64,000 nucleotides of DNA from contig CAZLEV010000006.1 in NCBI GenBank assembly GCA_964558645.1, forward strand, positions 124,263-188,262, written 5' to 3'. The notes below the pieces were generated by a model, which made no database searches, was not told the origin of the DNA, and saw only the letters and a list, made by a program, of their open reading frames with translations. Every line of letters starts with the position of its first letter. Position 1 is the first letter of the stretch. This document shows, in pieces, positions 47,948-57,511 of this stretch. The position numbers and the translations under genes are program-made. The stretch comes from an uncultured archaeon. GTDB taxonomy: Archaea > Asgardarchaeota > Thorarchaeia > Thorarchaeales > Thorarchaeaceae.

Positions 47948-48889
47948 ATGGGCAAAGGTTCCGGAAAGGGAAAAACCATACTCTTCGGCGAGCACTTTGT
48001 TGTTTACGGGCTTCCTGCCATAGCCGCAGGAATCTCGTCTGAAACTACTGCCGAAGTTACGAGAACAAGTCAGCCGGGTTGGACGCTGGTTGATAATAGA
48101 CCTGCGATGCCGGGTTACAAGGATGAAAAGGCAGACGAACAAGAAGTATCCATCAGAAACGTCATCGATTTCACCGGAGTAGATATCTCTGAGAAAGGAA
48201 TCCATATCAGGTTTGGTGGAAACCTTGTCTGTGCCTCTGGGATTGGAGCGAGTGCAGCAAGTTGTGTTGCTCTTGCGAGAGCACTCAATGAGGAGTTTGA
48301 CCTTGGCTATGACGACGAAAGGATCAATGAAGCTGCATACGAGGGAGAGAAGGGTTATCATGGTACACCCTCGGGAATAGACAACACAGCATCTACCTTT
48401 GGAGGACTTGTGTGGTACATTCGCAATCTCAAGGGAGGAGCGCCCTTATTCGAGAGGATGAGGCTGGAGGAGCCGGTTCATCTAGTGATTGCATCAACAG
48501 GATTAACAGCAAGTACCAAAGAAGTGGTGGGAGATGTGAGGACCAAGAAGGATCAGAATCCTGAATGGTTTGAGAAGATAGAAGACGAGTACAATAATGT
48601 TGTACATGAGGGACGAGAGGCACTGCTCAGCATGAACCTGAAGAAGGTTGGAGGGCTCATGGACAGAAATCATGAACTTCTGCGCCAACTGACAGTTTCT
48701 TGCCAAGAGCTTGACAGCTTAGTCGATGCAGCACGAAAGAGTGGTGCACTCGGCGCCAAGATGACAGGGACAGGGCGAGGGGGCAACATGATAGCTATCG
48801 TACAGAACGAAGAGGCAATGAAGATAGTTGCATCGGCTCTTGAAGATGCGGGAGCTGCAGGTGTCTGGACAACCTCATTTGGTATCTGA
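47948..48889 (+). CDS. mvk: Mevalonate kinase
   Basis: GKTILFGEHFVVYG, SGIGASAA, HGTPSGID, GAKMTGTGRGG. Confidence 0.95.
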   Translation: MGKGSGKGKTILFGEHFVVYGLPAIAAGISSETTAEVTRTSQPGWTLVDNRPAMPGYKDEKADEQEVSIRNVIDFTGVDISEKGIHIRFGGNLVCASGIGASAASCVALARALNEEFDLGYDDERINEAAYEGEKGYHGTPSGIDNTASTFGGLVWYIRNLKGGAPLFERMRLEEPVHLVIASTGLTASTKEVVGDVRTKKDQNPEWFEKIEDEYNNVVHEGREALLSMNLKKVGGLMDRNHELLRQLTVSCQELDSLVDAARKSGALGAKMTGTGRGGNMIAIVQNEEAMKIVASALEDAGAAGVWTTSFGI

Positions 48890-48902
48890 GAGGTGGAGAA
48901 TA

Positions 48903-50207
48903 ATGATTCTTGAAAATCATGTAAACCAACTAAGGGAAATGGGAGAAATACATGTTGTGGACAAACCGATTTCGAAGCATTTGGAGATTGCTGCTGTCCT
49001 CAACCAAGTGCAGCCTCAACCGGTACTCTTTGAGAATGTTAAGGAGTCTGGCTTTCGGGTAGTGGGGAATCTTTTTTGTACCAAACAGCAGATTGCATCG
49101 TATTTTGGCATAGGTGTTCAGGACATCATCCCGACTTTGACGGAGGCGATTGTGAAACGATCCCGACCAGAAGAGGTCACCAACGCGGCATGTCAGGAAG
49201 TTGTTGAGGAGAAGGTTGACCTGACCAGGTTGCCGATTCTTCTACATAATGAGGTGGATGGAGGACCGTATATATCCTCAGGAGTTGTGGTGGCATCTCA
49301 TCCGGATTACGGACAAAACTTGGATTTTCACCGAGCAATGCAGATAGATAGCGACAGAATGGTCACTCGTGTTGTAAAGGGACGGGATTTCCATGGCTTT
49401 CTTGAGAAGAAAGGCGAACTTGATGTTGCGTTTTGCATCGGAAATACGCCTGAAATCCTGATTGCGGCCGCTACATCAGTGGAGACCGGTATTAATGAAC
49501 TAGAGATTGCAAATGCTTTGCGAAAAACAAGGGTGACCAAGGCCAAGACTGTAGACTTGTTAATTCCGGCAGACTGTGAGTTCGTCTTGGAGGGGACTGT
49601 GTATTTGGAAGAGAAACATGACGAGGGACCCTTCATCGATTTGACTGAAACAGTAGATGTCGTGCGTCAAGAACCCATTTTTGAAGTCAAGAAGATCACA
49701 CACAGAAAGGCAGCAATTTGGCAAGCACTTCTGCCAGGCAAACTTGAACACAAACTTTTGATGGGTATGCCCAGAGAGCCTACAGTGTTTCGTAAAGTTA
49801 AGGAACGAGGAGTTGACGTTCTTGATGTCTATATCACACCTGGTGGGGCAAGCTGGCTACACATTGCTGTCAAGATAGACAAGAAGCATGATGATGACGG
49901 ACTGAGAGCAATCGAAGCAGCATTCGAGGGGCATACTAGCGGCAAACATGTATGGGTATACGACAAGGATATCGACATCTATAACGAGCGAGAGAGAGAA
50001 TGGGCCATGGCAACAAGGTTTCAAGCTGATGAGGATCTTCTCGTAAAAGATAGAGAGGCGGGTAGTTCGCTGGATCCCAGCGCAGAGCCGGGTACTAAGA
50101 TGACCACAAAGGTGGGATTTGACTGCACTAAGAGCATGGAAGCAAGAGGCAAGAGCTTCGCCAAGGCAGAATTCCCGGGTGTGGATTTGGCGAAATTCAT
50201 GGGGTGA
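48903..50207 (+). CDS. UbiD-family decarboxylase (probable anhydromevalonate phosphate decarboxylase)
   Basis: DGGPYI, EGPFID, WAMATRFQ, SSLDPS; operon context. Confidence 0.88.
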   Translation: MILENHVNQLREMGEIHVVDKPISKHLEIAAVLNQVQPQPVLFENVKESGFRVVGNLFCTKQQIASYFGIGVQDIIPTLTEAIVKRSRPEEVTNAACQEVVEEKVDLTRLPILLHNEVDGGPYISSGVVVASHPDYGQNLDFHRAMQIDSDRMVTRVVKGRDFHGFLEKKGELDVAFCIGNTPEILIAAATSVETGINELEIANALRKTRVTKAKTVDLLIPADCEFVLEGTVYLEEKHDEGPFIDLTETVDVVRQEPIFEVKKITHRKAAIWQALLPGKLEHKLLMGMPREPTVFRKVKERGVDVLDVYITPGGASWLHIAVKIDKKHDDDGLRAIEAAFEGHTSGKHVWVYDKDIDIYNEREREWAMATRFQADEDLLVKDREAGSSLDPSAEPGTKMTTKVGFDCTKSMEARGKSFAKAEFPGVDLAKFMG

Positions 50208-51400
50208 ATATTGTGGGACTAAGACTCACTGCTGAAGAAAAGGAGATGCTTAGTGGAAAACACGGAAATGCGGCAGCAAAAGCTATGGAAATCATCACCA
50301 CCCTAGGTGAGATATATGGGGCTGAACGTCTGATTCCGGTGTCTAGTGTCCAGATAGCGGGAGTTTCATACCATAACTTGGGTGAAGCAGGGCTTGAATA
50401 TCTGGCAGAGATGGCAGAAGATGGGCAGACAAGGGTTCTCACTACGCTAAACCCGGCTGGTATGGATCTAGAAGAATGGAAGAAACATGGGATATCTCCA
50501 GATTTTGCAGCTAACCAGCAGCGAGTAGTTGAGGCCTTCGCTAAGATGGGAGTAATAACTACCTGTACCTGTACGCCCTATCTTGTTGGGAACCTACCAC
50601 ACTATGGGGAGCATATTGCCTGGGCCGAGTCTTCTGCGGTCTGTTTCGCAAATTCGGTCATTGGCGCACGAACAAATCGAGAAGGAGGACCTAGTGCACT
50701 TGCTGCAGCCCTTACGGGTCGAACGGCTGAGTATGGACTCCATCTTGATGAGAACCGAGTTGCCGAAGTCAAGTATGAAATAGAAGCCGAGCTGCGAAAT
50801 ACAGATGATTTCGGTCTCTTGGGGCAAGTGATAGGACTACGGACCAAGAATGCCATTCCATACATCGTAGGTATTCCTCATGCAACCACGGAAGAACTCA
50901 AGTCGTTTAGCGCATCTGTTGCAACATACGGAGGGGTAGCATTGTTCCATATGGAGGAAATGACTCCCAACCGAACGCCTATTCCCGATAGGACTGAAAC
51001 TGTCACCAATAACGACATAGATGCAGCACGCCAAGAACTGGACGACAAAGGGGCAATGATTGATTTCATCAGTATCGGGTGCCCGCACGCAAGCATTGGC
51101 GAGATTGCAAGGATTGCGAAGATGTTAGATGGAAAGAAGGTATCCGAGAAGAAGACGGTCTGGATAACAACTGCAAAGCCAACAAAGGATCTTGCAATGA
51201 AGATGGGATACTACAACATAATTGAAGCAGCAGGAGCATATCTTGTAAGTGATGCCTGTTGTGCAGTCGCGCCCTTGAAGGGGAGATTCAAAGGCCTTAT
51301 GACCGATTCTGCAAAGGCATGCTTCTATGCTCGCGGCAAGAACAATTTCAAGACTGAGATAAGGACTATTGAAGAATGTATAGAGGAGGCGATATCATGA
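50204..51400 (+). CDS. Aconitase X large subunit (probable phosphomevalonate dehydratase)
   Basis: TTLNP, CTCTPY, AWAESSA, GARTNREGG, GCPH, TDSAK. Confidence 0.92.
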   Translation: MNIVGLRLTAEEKEMLSGKHGNAAAKAMEIITTLGEIYGAERLIPVSSVQIAGVSYHNLGEAGLEYLAEMAEDGQTRVLTTLNPAGMDLEEWKKHGISPDFAANQQRVVEAFAKMGVITTCTCTPYLVGNLPHYGEHIAWAESSAVCFANSVIGARTNREGGPSALAAALTGRTAEYGLHLDENRVAEVKYEIEAELRNTDDFGLLGQVIGLRTKNAIPYIVGIPHATTEELKSFSASVATYGGVALFHMEEMTPNRTPIPDRTETVTNNDIDAARQELDDKGAMIDFISIGCPHASIGEIARIAKMLDGKKVSEKKTVWITTAKPTKDLAMKMGYYNIIEAAGAYLVSDACCAVAPLKGRFKGLMTDSAKACFYARGKNNFKTEIRTIEECIEEAIS

Positions 51401-51789
51401 AGCTGGAGGGGCGAAAGATTTTCGGAGGAAAGACAACCGGTGAGGTCCTGTTCAGTTCGGAAGATATCTCGTTCTACGGAGGATGTGACCCAGAAACCGG
51501 CGAGATTGTGGAAAAAAACCACCCTCTTGAGGGAAGATCTGTTTCGGGGAAAATCCTTGTCTTTCCCACTGGAAAGGGAAGCACAGTTGGGTCTTATGTT
51601 CTCTACGCGCTCAGCAAAGCCGGGATGGGGCCTTTGGCAATCATCAACGAAACAACGGATCCAGTGGTTGCTGTAGGCTGTATAATCGCAGAGATACCTG
51701 CTATAGATCAAGTAGATATCAACAAGTTGGAGAACGGACAAAAAGTGGAGGTTGACGCCGACGCTGGCGTCGTTTCAATACTGAAGTAG
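51397..51789 (+). CDS. Aconitase X swivel (small) subunit, DUF126
   Basis: ISFYGG.DP.TG, GKGSTVGSYVL. Confidence 0.92.
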   Translation: MKLEGRKIFGGKTTGEVLFSSEDISFYGGCDPETGEIVEKNHPLEGRSVSGKILVFPTGKGSTVGSYVLYALSKAGMGPLAIINETTDPVVAVGCIIAEIPAIDQVDINKLENGQKVEVDADAGVVSILK

Positions 51790-51792
51790 TGA

Positions 51793-52428
51793 TCAAAGCC
51801 TTTGTAACTGTGGCTCAAAGTCCTCAGGTGTGAAAGCGACCTCCTCATCCATTGGGATATCCCCTCTCTCGCGAAGTACCTGTCGTGTCAGTAGGAAGTA
51901 AATCAGCGCCAATGCCTTTCGACCTCTGTTATTTGTGGGAATCACAAAGTCGACATTGGTAATCACATTATCTGTATCACATAGTGCAGCCACTGGCACA
52001 CCAATTCTAGCGGCCTCGGAGAGTGCCTGTTGATCAGTCCTTGGGTCAGTTAGAATCACAAGTTCGGGCTCGATGTATGTCCTTGGTCCCGCTATGTTGG
52101 CGTTTGTCAGAGTGCCTGGAACGAAACGTTCTGTGAATGCATTTGCCCCGATATAGTAGGCAAAGGTTTCGACAGGCCGTTTCCCATAGACACGTCCCGA
52201 TATGACTGCAATCTTGTCCGGTTTGAACCTAGCAATGAACTTGCCGGCTGTTCGGATTCGTTCATCTGTTTTCCGCACATCGAGTACGTAGAGACCTATG
52301 GGGCGTTGGCGATAGACAAAGGGTTCCATATCTTGTGTCTTGACCTGAGTACCAATATGGCAACCAGCTGCAAGGTATTTGTCCATCGCTGTCAGCAGGT
52401 CAGCATCTGAGATTTCCATTTCGCTCAT
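51793..52428 (-). CDS. rps2: 30S ribosomal protein S2
   Basis: YLAAGCHIG, RFVPGTLTN, IPTNNRG. Confidence 0.97.
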   Translation of the reverse strand: MSEMEISDADLLTAMDKYLAAGCHIGTQVKTQDMEPFVYRQRPIGLYVLDVRKTDERIRTAGKFIARFKPDKIAVISGRVYGKRPVETFAYYIGANAFTERFVPGTLTNANIAGPRTYIEPELVILTDPRTDQQALSEAARIGVPVAALCDTDNVITNVDFVIPTNNRGRKALALIYFLLTRQVLRERGDIPMDEEVAFTPEDFEPQLQRL

Positions 52429-52429
52429 T

Positions 52430-52645
52430 CTAGTTCTCCTCCACTATTTCAGATGTGGCGAATGCCATAAAGCTGTCAATGATGTCGATGTGGGACAGCA
52501 ACATACGCCGACAGCAGTATCGATGTAGACCAAGGCGATCAAGAACAACAGCTGGGTCTTCACCTTGCCGCACTTCACGCCTGAATTCCTCAAACTTGTC
52601 CGCGACTACTTTTCCGCATGTGAAACAACGTACTGGAATTATCAT
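52430..52645 (-). CDS. rpoN: RNA polymerase subunit Rpo10 (N)
   Basis: [12 protein letters not shown]...RYCCRRM. Confidence 0.97.
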   Translation of the reverse strand: MIIPVRCFTCGKVVADKFEEFRREVRQGEDPAVVLDRLGLHRYCCRRMLLSHIDIIDSFMAFATSEIVEEN

Positions 52646-52658
52646 ATCTCTGGCCACC

Positions 52659-53057
52659 TCATCTGTACGACTTCTGAAAGCGTGAACGTGCTGAAGGTCC
52701 ACCGAACTTCTTGGGTTCTGTTCGTCGGGGATCCCCAACAAGCATGGTTCGGTCATGATCCAACATCTTGGACCGAGCCTCGAAATTCTGACTCATTCTT
52801 ATTAGACCTGTTGCTACTGCCATTCGGATTGCATCGGCTTGGCCCATGAATCCTCCACCTTGTACTCTGACTCTTACGTCGTATCGTTTCCAATCATCTC
52901 CAAACAGCACCAGTGGTTCCATAATCCTAAAACGAGCAAGCTCTGGCTGATATATCTCAAGTGGTTGCCCATTTATTCTGATTCTGCCGGAACCGTCTTT
53001 GATGGTAGCCTTAGCCAATGAAGTCTTTCTCTTTCCTGTGGTAACTACTACTCGCAT
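52659..53057 (-). CDS. rps9: 30S ribosomal protein S9
   Basis: [30 protein letters not shown]. Confidence 0.98.
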   Translation of the reverse strand: MRVVVTTGKRKTSLAKATIKDGSGRIRINGQPLEIYQPELARFRIMEPLVLFGDDWKRYDVRVRVQGGGFMGQADAIRMAVATGLIRMSQNFEARSKMLDHDRTMLVGDPRRTEPKKFGGPSARSRFQKSYR

Positions 53058-53058
53058 T

Positions 53059-53511
53059 CTATGCTACCCCCTTTCTCTTCCAACCAAGCTCACGACTGAG
53101 TTCCTCGACCGTGATGTGTTTTCCTGTTAGACTGGTATACCGGGAACCCTCTAGAACTATCATTTCTTTCTCCAAATACTGTTCTGGTATGCCTATGAAG
53201 ACATGGATGCGTTTGTAGGCTTCTTTTCCACGAGGGCTGGGCCAAGGGAGCATTCCACGAATCATCTTTCGGACCATCTTGTCGGGCCGTCTCTCATGGA
53301 ATGGGCCTTTACGCGGGTTGTACGAGGTTCGGATGTCACGTTTCTCCTTGTGTGCCTTGATGACCGTTCTTCTGTCACCTGTTAGTATCGCCTTCTCGGC
53401 ATTCACGATGACGACCTTGCTTCCTAGAATCGCGGCTTTTGCAGCCTTAGACGCAAGCCTGCCTACGACCATGTTTTCAGCATCGAATATCTTTACTGGT
53501 TGTTCGCTCAT
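53059..53511 (-). CDS. rpl13: 50S ribosomal protein L13
   Basis: DA...GRLAS, NAEK, IRGMLP. Confidence 0.97.
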   Translation of the reverse strand: MSEQPVKIFDAENMVVGRLASKAAKAAILGSKVVIVNAEKAILTGDRRTVIKAHKEKRDIRTSYNPRKGPFHERRPDKMVRKMIRGMLPWPSPRGKEAYKRIHVFIGIPEQYLEKEMIVLEGSRYTSLTGKHITVEELSRELGWKRKGVA

Positions 53512-53520
53512 CAAAACCAC

Positions 53521-53883
53521 CTATGCAATTATCCTCACACCAGTTCCACTGGGAATCTGCGAGATTAGCTCATCAATCGTGATTAGAGAGCCTCCCGCTG
53601 TTATTATCATTGACCGAGCTGTTGTGGATGCGTTCAGTGCTGCGACCGTCACCTTATGAGTGAGTGTTCCGGAACCGAGTACCTTCCCCGGTACCACAAC
53701 AATATCACCATCCTTTGTATGCCGCTCTATCTTTCCGATATTGACTGTGGCACGCTTCCTTGATGGTCTTGCAACAAGCTCGGCAACGCGTTTCCATATT
53801 CTGACATCGTTCTTTGAGGAGACCCTTGTGAGTGTGTTGATTAGAGCGCGTGTGTTTGGATCAGATGCTCGTGTTTCAATCAT
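53521..53883 (-). CDS. rpl18e: 50S ribosomal protein L18e
   Basis: IWKRVAE, VNIGKI, VPGKVLGSG. Confidence 0.97.
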   Translation of the reverse strand: MIETRASDPNTRALINTLTRVSSKNDVRIWKRVAELVARPSRKRATVNIGKIERHTKDGDIVVVPGKVLGSGTLTHKVTVAALNASTTARSMIITAGGSLITIDELISQIPSGTGVRIIA

Positions 53884-53897
53884 TTGTTTCTAAGCTC

Positions 53898-54698
53898 CTA
53901 CAGTGAGTTTGCAAAGTCCAGAGCCTCACCGATTCTCTCTTTGAGAAGCTCGGTGGCCCTCTCCACAATTTCCTCCGGCGGAAGAGCTCCCGTGGATTCC
54001 ACCTTGAACAGAAAACTGTCCTCTTTGGAATCAATAGTTATGGCACCGGGCTCACATACACGAACACAAGCCTCGCAGAGACTGCATTCGAGTGTGTTTT
54101 GTGTGGATAATACGTCATCCTCAAGCAACAGAATGCCCTTCGGGCAAACCTCAACACAGTCGCCGCATTGGTTACATTTTGACCTATCAATGCTGACCAA
54201 GGGAACATTCTTGTATGCCACTGTGGCTACCGGTTGGAATTTCGCATTCTCGAGGCCTGTGCCTAGTCGAGCATATGCTTCAAGTATCAGAGTCTGGCGT
54301 GGAGCAAGCTTGACAAGAGGTATACCTTCCGTGGCAGGCACGACCTCGGGGTCTTGTGATGACAGGTCACCAGAGTAGACCATCATGTCTTGAGCCCCAG
54401 CTTCCTTCTCGAGTGTAAGTGTGCATTGACAGAGGCTACATCCTTTGCCTTCGCAATCACACTCTTCTGGGAGATTGTAATCGTCCAGTTTTGTGACGAG
54501 AGGCACAAGTCCCAAGCGGTGGGCGAGAATCTCATCGTACATGACGCTAGTATTCTCAAGTATTAGAACCTCATCGATTGACATCGAGGGGACTCTGGTC
54601 AACATTGTTCTGCGAAGTGCATTCGCAAACCCTACATGTGCGCCCTCGAGGAGAAAATGGATTGTATCATCTTGTTTCCGAATGATTGTGATTTCCAT
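53898..54698 (-). CDS. rpoD: RNA polymerase subunit Rpo3 (D) with ferredoxin-like insert
   Basis: ANALRR, NTSVMYDEILAHRLGLVP, CxxCxxCxxxCP twice, ESTGALPP. Confidence 0.96.
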   Translation of the reverse strand: MEITIIRKQDDTIHFLLEGAHVGFANALRRTMLTRVPSMSIDEVLILENTSVMYDEILAHRLGLVPLVTKLDDYNLPEECDCEGKGCSLCQCTLTLEKEAGAQDMMVYSGDLSSQDPEVVPATEGIPLVKLAPRQTLILEAYARLGTGLENAKFQPVATVAYKNVPLVSIDRSKCNQCGDCVEVCPKGILLLEDDVLSTQNTLECSLCEACVRVCEPGAITIDSKEDSFLFKVESTGALPPEEIVERATELLKERIGEALDFANSL

Positions 54699-54872
54699 TC
54701 TAGCACCTGACCTCGGAGGTATTTGATTACCCAAAAGACACTATTCCCGGACGGACTCGCTAAGGCCTGTACTTTTGGTTAGCTCACTCGCCCGTGTCCT
54801 GGGCTAGCCTGCCTCGCTTTACAAGGCATAAAAGGATTGTCCTAGAACGAACGCAGGCCTTCGGCTTGTTGT

Positions 54873-55370
54873 TCAGGCAGCAACTTGGACCATATCCTTG
54901 AGTCCATTGACGATGAGTCTGTATCCCTTCAGGCGCTGCTTAGGGTCAATAGCAACCATTCCATAGGTAGGAATGCCGAGTAGATCCTGAACTGACTCGG
55001 GCTTCATTGAACCTGGAAGGTCCTGCTTGTTCGCAATAGCAATGACTTGTGCACCAGCAAACCGATGCCTGTGTCTTTCCAGCAACTGCCGCGTCTTCAG
55101 TACTGCTTTGGGTGTACTCTCTGTCACAACTACAACCATGCGGCTTCCTTGCAACATATCGGGCCACATGAACTCAAAATGCGATTGACCACCCATCTCA
55201 ACCAGAGATACCTTGGTTTCTTCGTCAAGAGTGATTGTTCCACAGTCCATGCCGACAGTTGGCTGATAATTGCACTCTAATTTGGATTTGCTGTCAGTTA
55301 ACAGCTTAATCAGAGTAGACTTCCCAGCGTATCCTGATCCCATAAGGGCAACCTTGACATATTGGGTCAT
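54873..55370 (-). CDS. Small Ras/Arf-like GTPase
   Basis: G1 GSGYAGKS, G2 PTVG, G3 EMGGQ, G4 NKQD. Confidence 0.9.
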   Translation of the reverse strand: MTQYVKVALMGSGYAGKSTLIKLLTDSKSKLECNYQPTVGMDCGTITLDEETKVSLVEMGGQSHFEFMWPDMLQGSRMVVVVTESTPKAVLKTRQLLERHRHRFAGAQVIAIANKQDLPGSMKPESVQDLLGIPTYGMVAIDPKQRLKGYRLIVNGLKDMVQVAA

Positions 55371-55557
55371 TCCTATAGACTCCAAGTGGTCGTCACACTA
55401 CGCGAAACAGCCTGGACATATCAGGTGTCGTGTTACCAAGATAACACTGGGTAAGACTCTCTTGAATGAGATGGAAGAAGAGCATTAGAGAATGGGTTTC
55501 GCACCAGATAGAAGCTCTTAACAGTGGATGATAAGTGCATTGACCTGAGCTGATTCG

Positions 55558-56550
55558 ATGTCCAAGGTGTGCCCCAATACCATTATTGTTGAGGAGAATG
55601 CACTTCGGAAACTTGGGAATCTTCTAAAGGGTTATGAGAGAATCATATGTGTTTCCGATGAAACAATAATTGGGCGATACAGCGCACAGCTCGAAGGTAT
55701 TCTTGATCACGAGCCACACTGGTTATTAGCAGAAAACGCTAGGAGCGATCGAGATGAAGCTCTTTCCGAGGGAAGTATAATCATAGGATTTGGAGGAGGA
55801 AGAAGCCTTGATGCAGCCAAAATACTTGCAGCAAAGACAGACTTAGATTGGATTTCGATTCCAACCGCCGCATCCCATGATGGCATAGCAAGCGAAGTAG
55901 CATCGGTGAGTCACGACGGGTATAGGTATTCCAAGAGATGCAGGTTGCCAATTGCCATTGTGGCAGATTTGACCATTATGTCGAAGGCACCAGAACACCT
56001 ACAGCGTGCAGGGATGGGCGACATACTCTGTAAAGCATCTAGTCTCAGCGAGTGGAGACTCGCTCACGAAAAGGAGGGAGAACCGCTTAATGAAGACGCG
56101 TTCAGCATGGTGCAGAGGGCTTTGGAGAACGTCTTGAGAAGTGAAGACCTGAAAACGCTTGTCCGTGCCGAGATTGATGCAGGTACCGCCATGTGCATGA
56201 ATGGCAGCTCGAGACCATGTTCCGGTTCCGAACATGCAATATCTCATGCTATGGACAGAAACCAACACAGTCTGCACGGACTCCAAGTTATTTTTGCTAC
56301 TCCCTTGTGTCTGTACTTCCTAGAAAGGGCTGAATGTGCATTATATTCACAGGAGTACATCAGCGAGGTCATTAAGGAGAGGAACCTGCCTACAAAGTGT
56401 AGAGACATGAACATTTCCAGAGAGATGTATTTGGATTATATCAGACATGCCATCCGTATTATGAGAAAGCGCGGACGATACTCTGTTCTGGAGAACTTGG
56501 ACAGGAAGATTCTGGCTGAAGTGATCGGCCACCTATACGATTGTGAGTGA
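55558..56550 (+). CDS. egsA: sn-glycerol-1-phosphate dehydrogenase
   Basis: GFGGGRSLDAAK, PTAASHDGIAS, SRPCSGSEH, HGLQV. Confidence 0.93.
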   Translation: MSKVCPNTIIVEENALRKLGNLLKGYERIICVSDETIIGRYSAQLEGILDHEPHWLLAENARSDRDEALSEGSIIIGFGGGRSLDAAKILAAKTDLDWISIPTAASHDGIASEVASVSHDGYRYSKRCRLPIAIVADLTIMSKAPEHLQRAGMGDILCKASSLSEWRLAHEKEGEPLNEDAFSMVQRALENVLRSEDLKTLVRAEIDAGTAMCMNGSSRPCSGSEHAISHAMDRNQHSLHGLQVIFATPLCLYFLERAECALYSQEYISEVIKERNLPTKCRDMNISREMYLDYIRHAIRIMRKRGRYSVLENLDRKILAEVIGHLYDCE

Positions 56551-56663
56551 TACTTCGACAGTTTTAAAAGATGACTGAACCTCGAGCCCGAGAGCACATG
56601 ACGACCATGTCGTGTACTTTTCACGCTTGATACCAATGAAGTGCGAACAGAGGTAGATAACAG

Positions 56664-57035
56664 ATGCCAAAACCAAGTTTTGTAGAATGGGAGCCGACTG
56701 AAGAGCTCCAGAAGAAAGCTCTAGAATCCTTAGAAACAGCCCGTGATACCGGCAGGATTAAGAAAGGAATCAATGAGGCAACGAAAGCAGTTGAACGAGG
56801 TAATGCTCGGCTGGTGCTGATTGCGGAGGATGTTGATCCACCAGAGATTATCATGTTCCTACCCGGCCTCTGCGATGACAAGAAGGCCCCCTATATCTTT
56901 GTCAACAATAAGGATAGTCTAGGTGAAGCTGCAGGGATTGACCGACCGACCGCTGCTGCTGCAATCGTGGTCGAAGGCAAGGCAAAGGATTTAGTTGCTG
57001 ATGTCATTGAGAAGATTGCGGGGATTCGGAAGTAA
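56664..57035 (+). CDS. rpl7ae: 50S ribosomal protein L7Ae
   Basis: IKKGINEATKAVERG, IAEDVDPPEI. Confidence 0.98.
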   Translation: MPKPSFVEWEPTEELQKKALESLETARDTGRIKKGINEATKAVERGNARLVLIAEDVDPPEIIMFLPGLCDDKKAPYIFVNNKDSLGEAAGIDRPTAAAAIVVEGKAKDLVADVIEKIAGIRK

Positions 57036-57057
57036 AACCACCAGGTGATGACTCTTA

Positions 57058-57279
57058 ATGAGTAGTGATGATAAAGAACCCTCCATACCTGCTGAGGTAA
57101 TCCAGTTACTCGGGAGAACTGGGGTCACTGGTGAGATTACACAGGTTCGAGTGAAGGTACTTGAGGGAAGAGACAAAGGACGCGTCTTGACTAGAAATGT
57201 TAAGGGCCCCATAAGGATGGGTGATATTCTCATCCTTCGAGAGACTGAGCGCGAGGCCCGAAAGATGAGGAGGCGCTAG
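57058..57279 (+). CDS. rps28e: 30S ribosomal protein S28e
   Basis: GRTGVTG, RNVKGP, ETEREAR. Confidence 0.98.
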   Translation: MSSDDKEPSIPAEVIQLLGRTGVTGEITQVRVKVLEGRDKGRVLTRNVKGPIRMGDILILRETEREARKMRRR

Positions 57280-57281
57280 AG

Positions 57282-57479
57282 TTGGTAGGTACACAGCGCT
57301 GTCAATTCTGTGGTCAAGACATCGAACCGGGAACAGGGACAGCTTTTGTGAGAACGAAGGATGGGTCTATTCATTGGTTCTGTTCAAAGAAGTGCAAGGT
57401 GAAGAGCCTCAAACAGGGCTTCAAGCCAAGAGAAACAAAATGGACTACAGCCTATGAAAAGGGTGGTAAAGAGAAGTAG
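57282..57479 (+). CDS. rpl24e: 50S ribosomal protein L24e
   Basis: CQFCG.DIEPGTG, FCSKKC, KWT. Confidence 0.97.
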   Translation: MVGTQRCQFCGQDIEPGTGTAFVRTKDGSIHWFCSKKCKVKSLKQGFKPRETKWTTAYEKGGKEK

Positions 57480-57511
57480 AGGAAGAGGTGGCTTTGCGCC
57501 GCCAATTCCTT

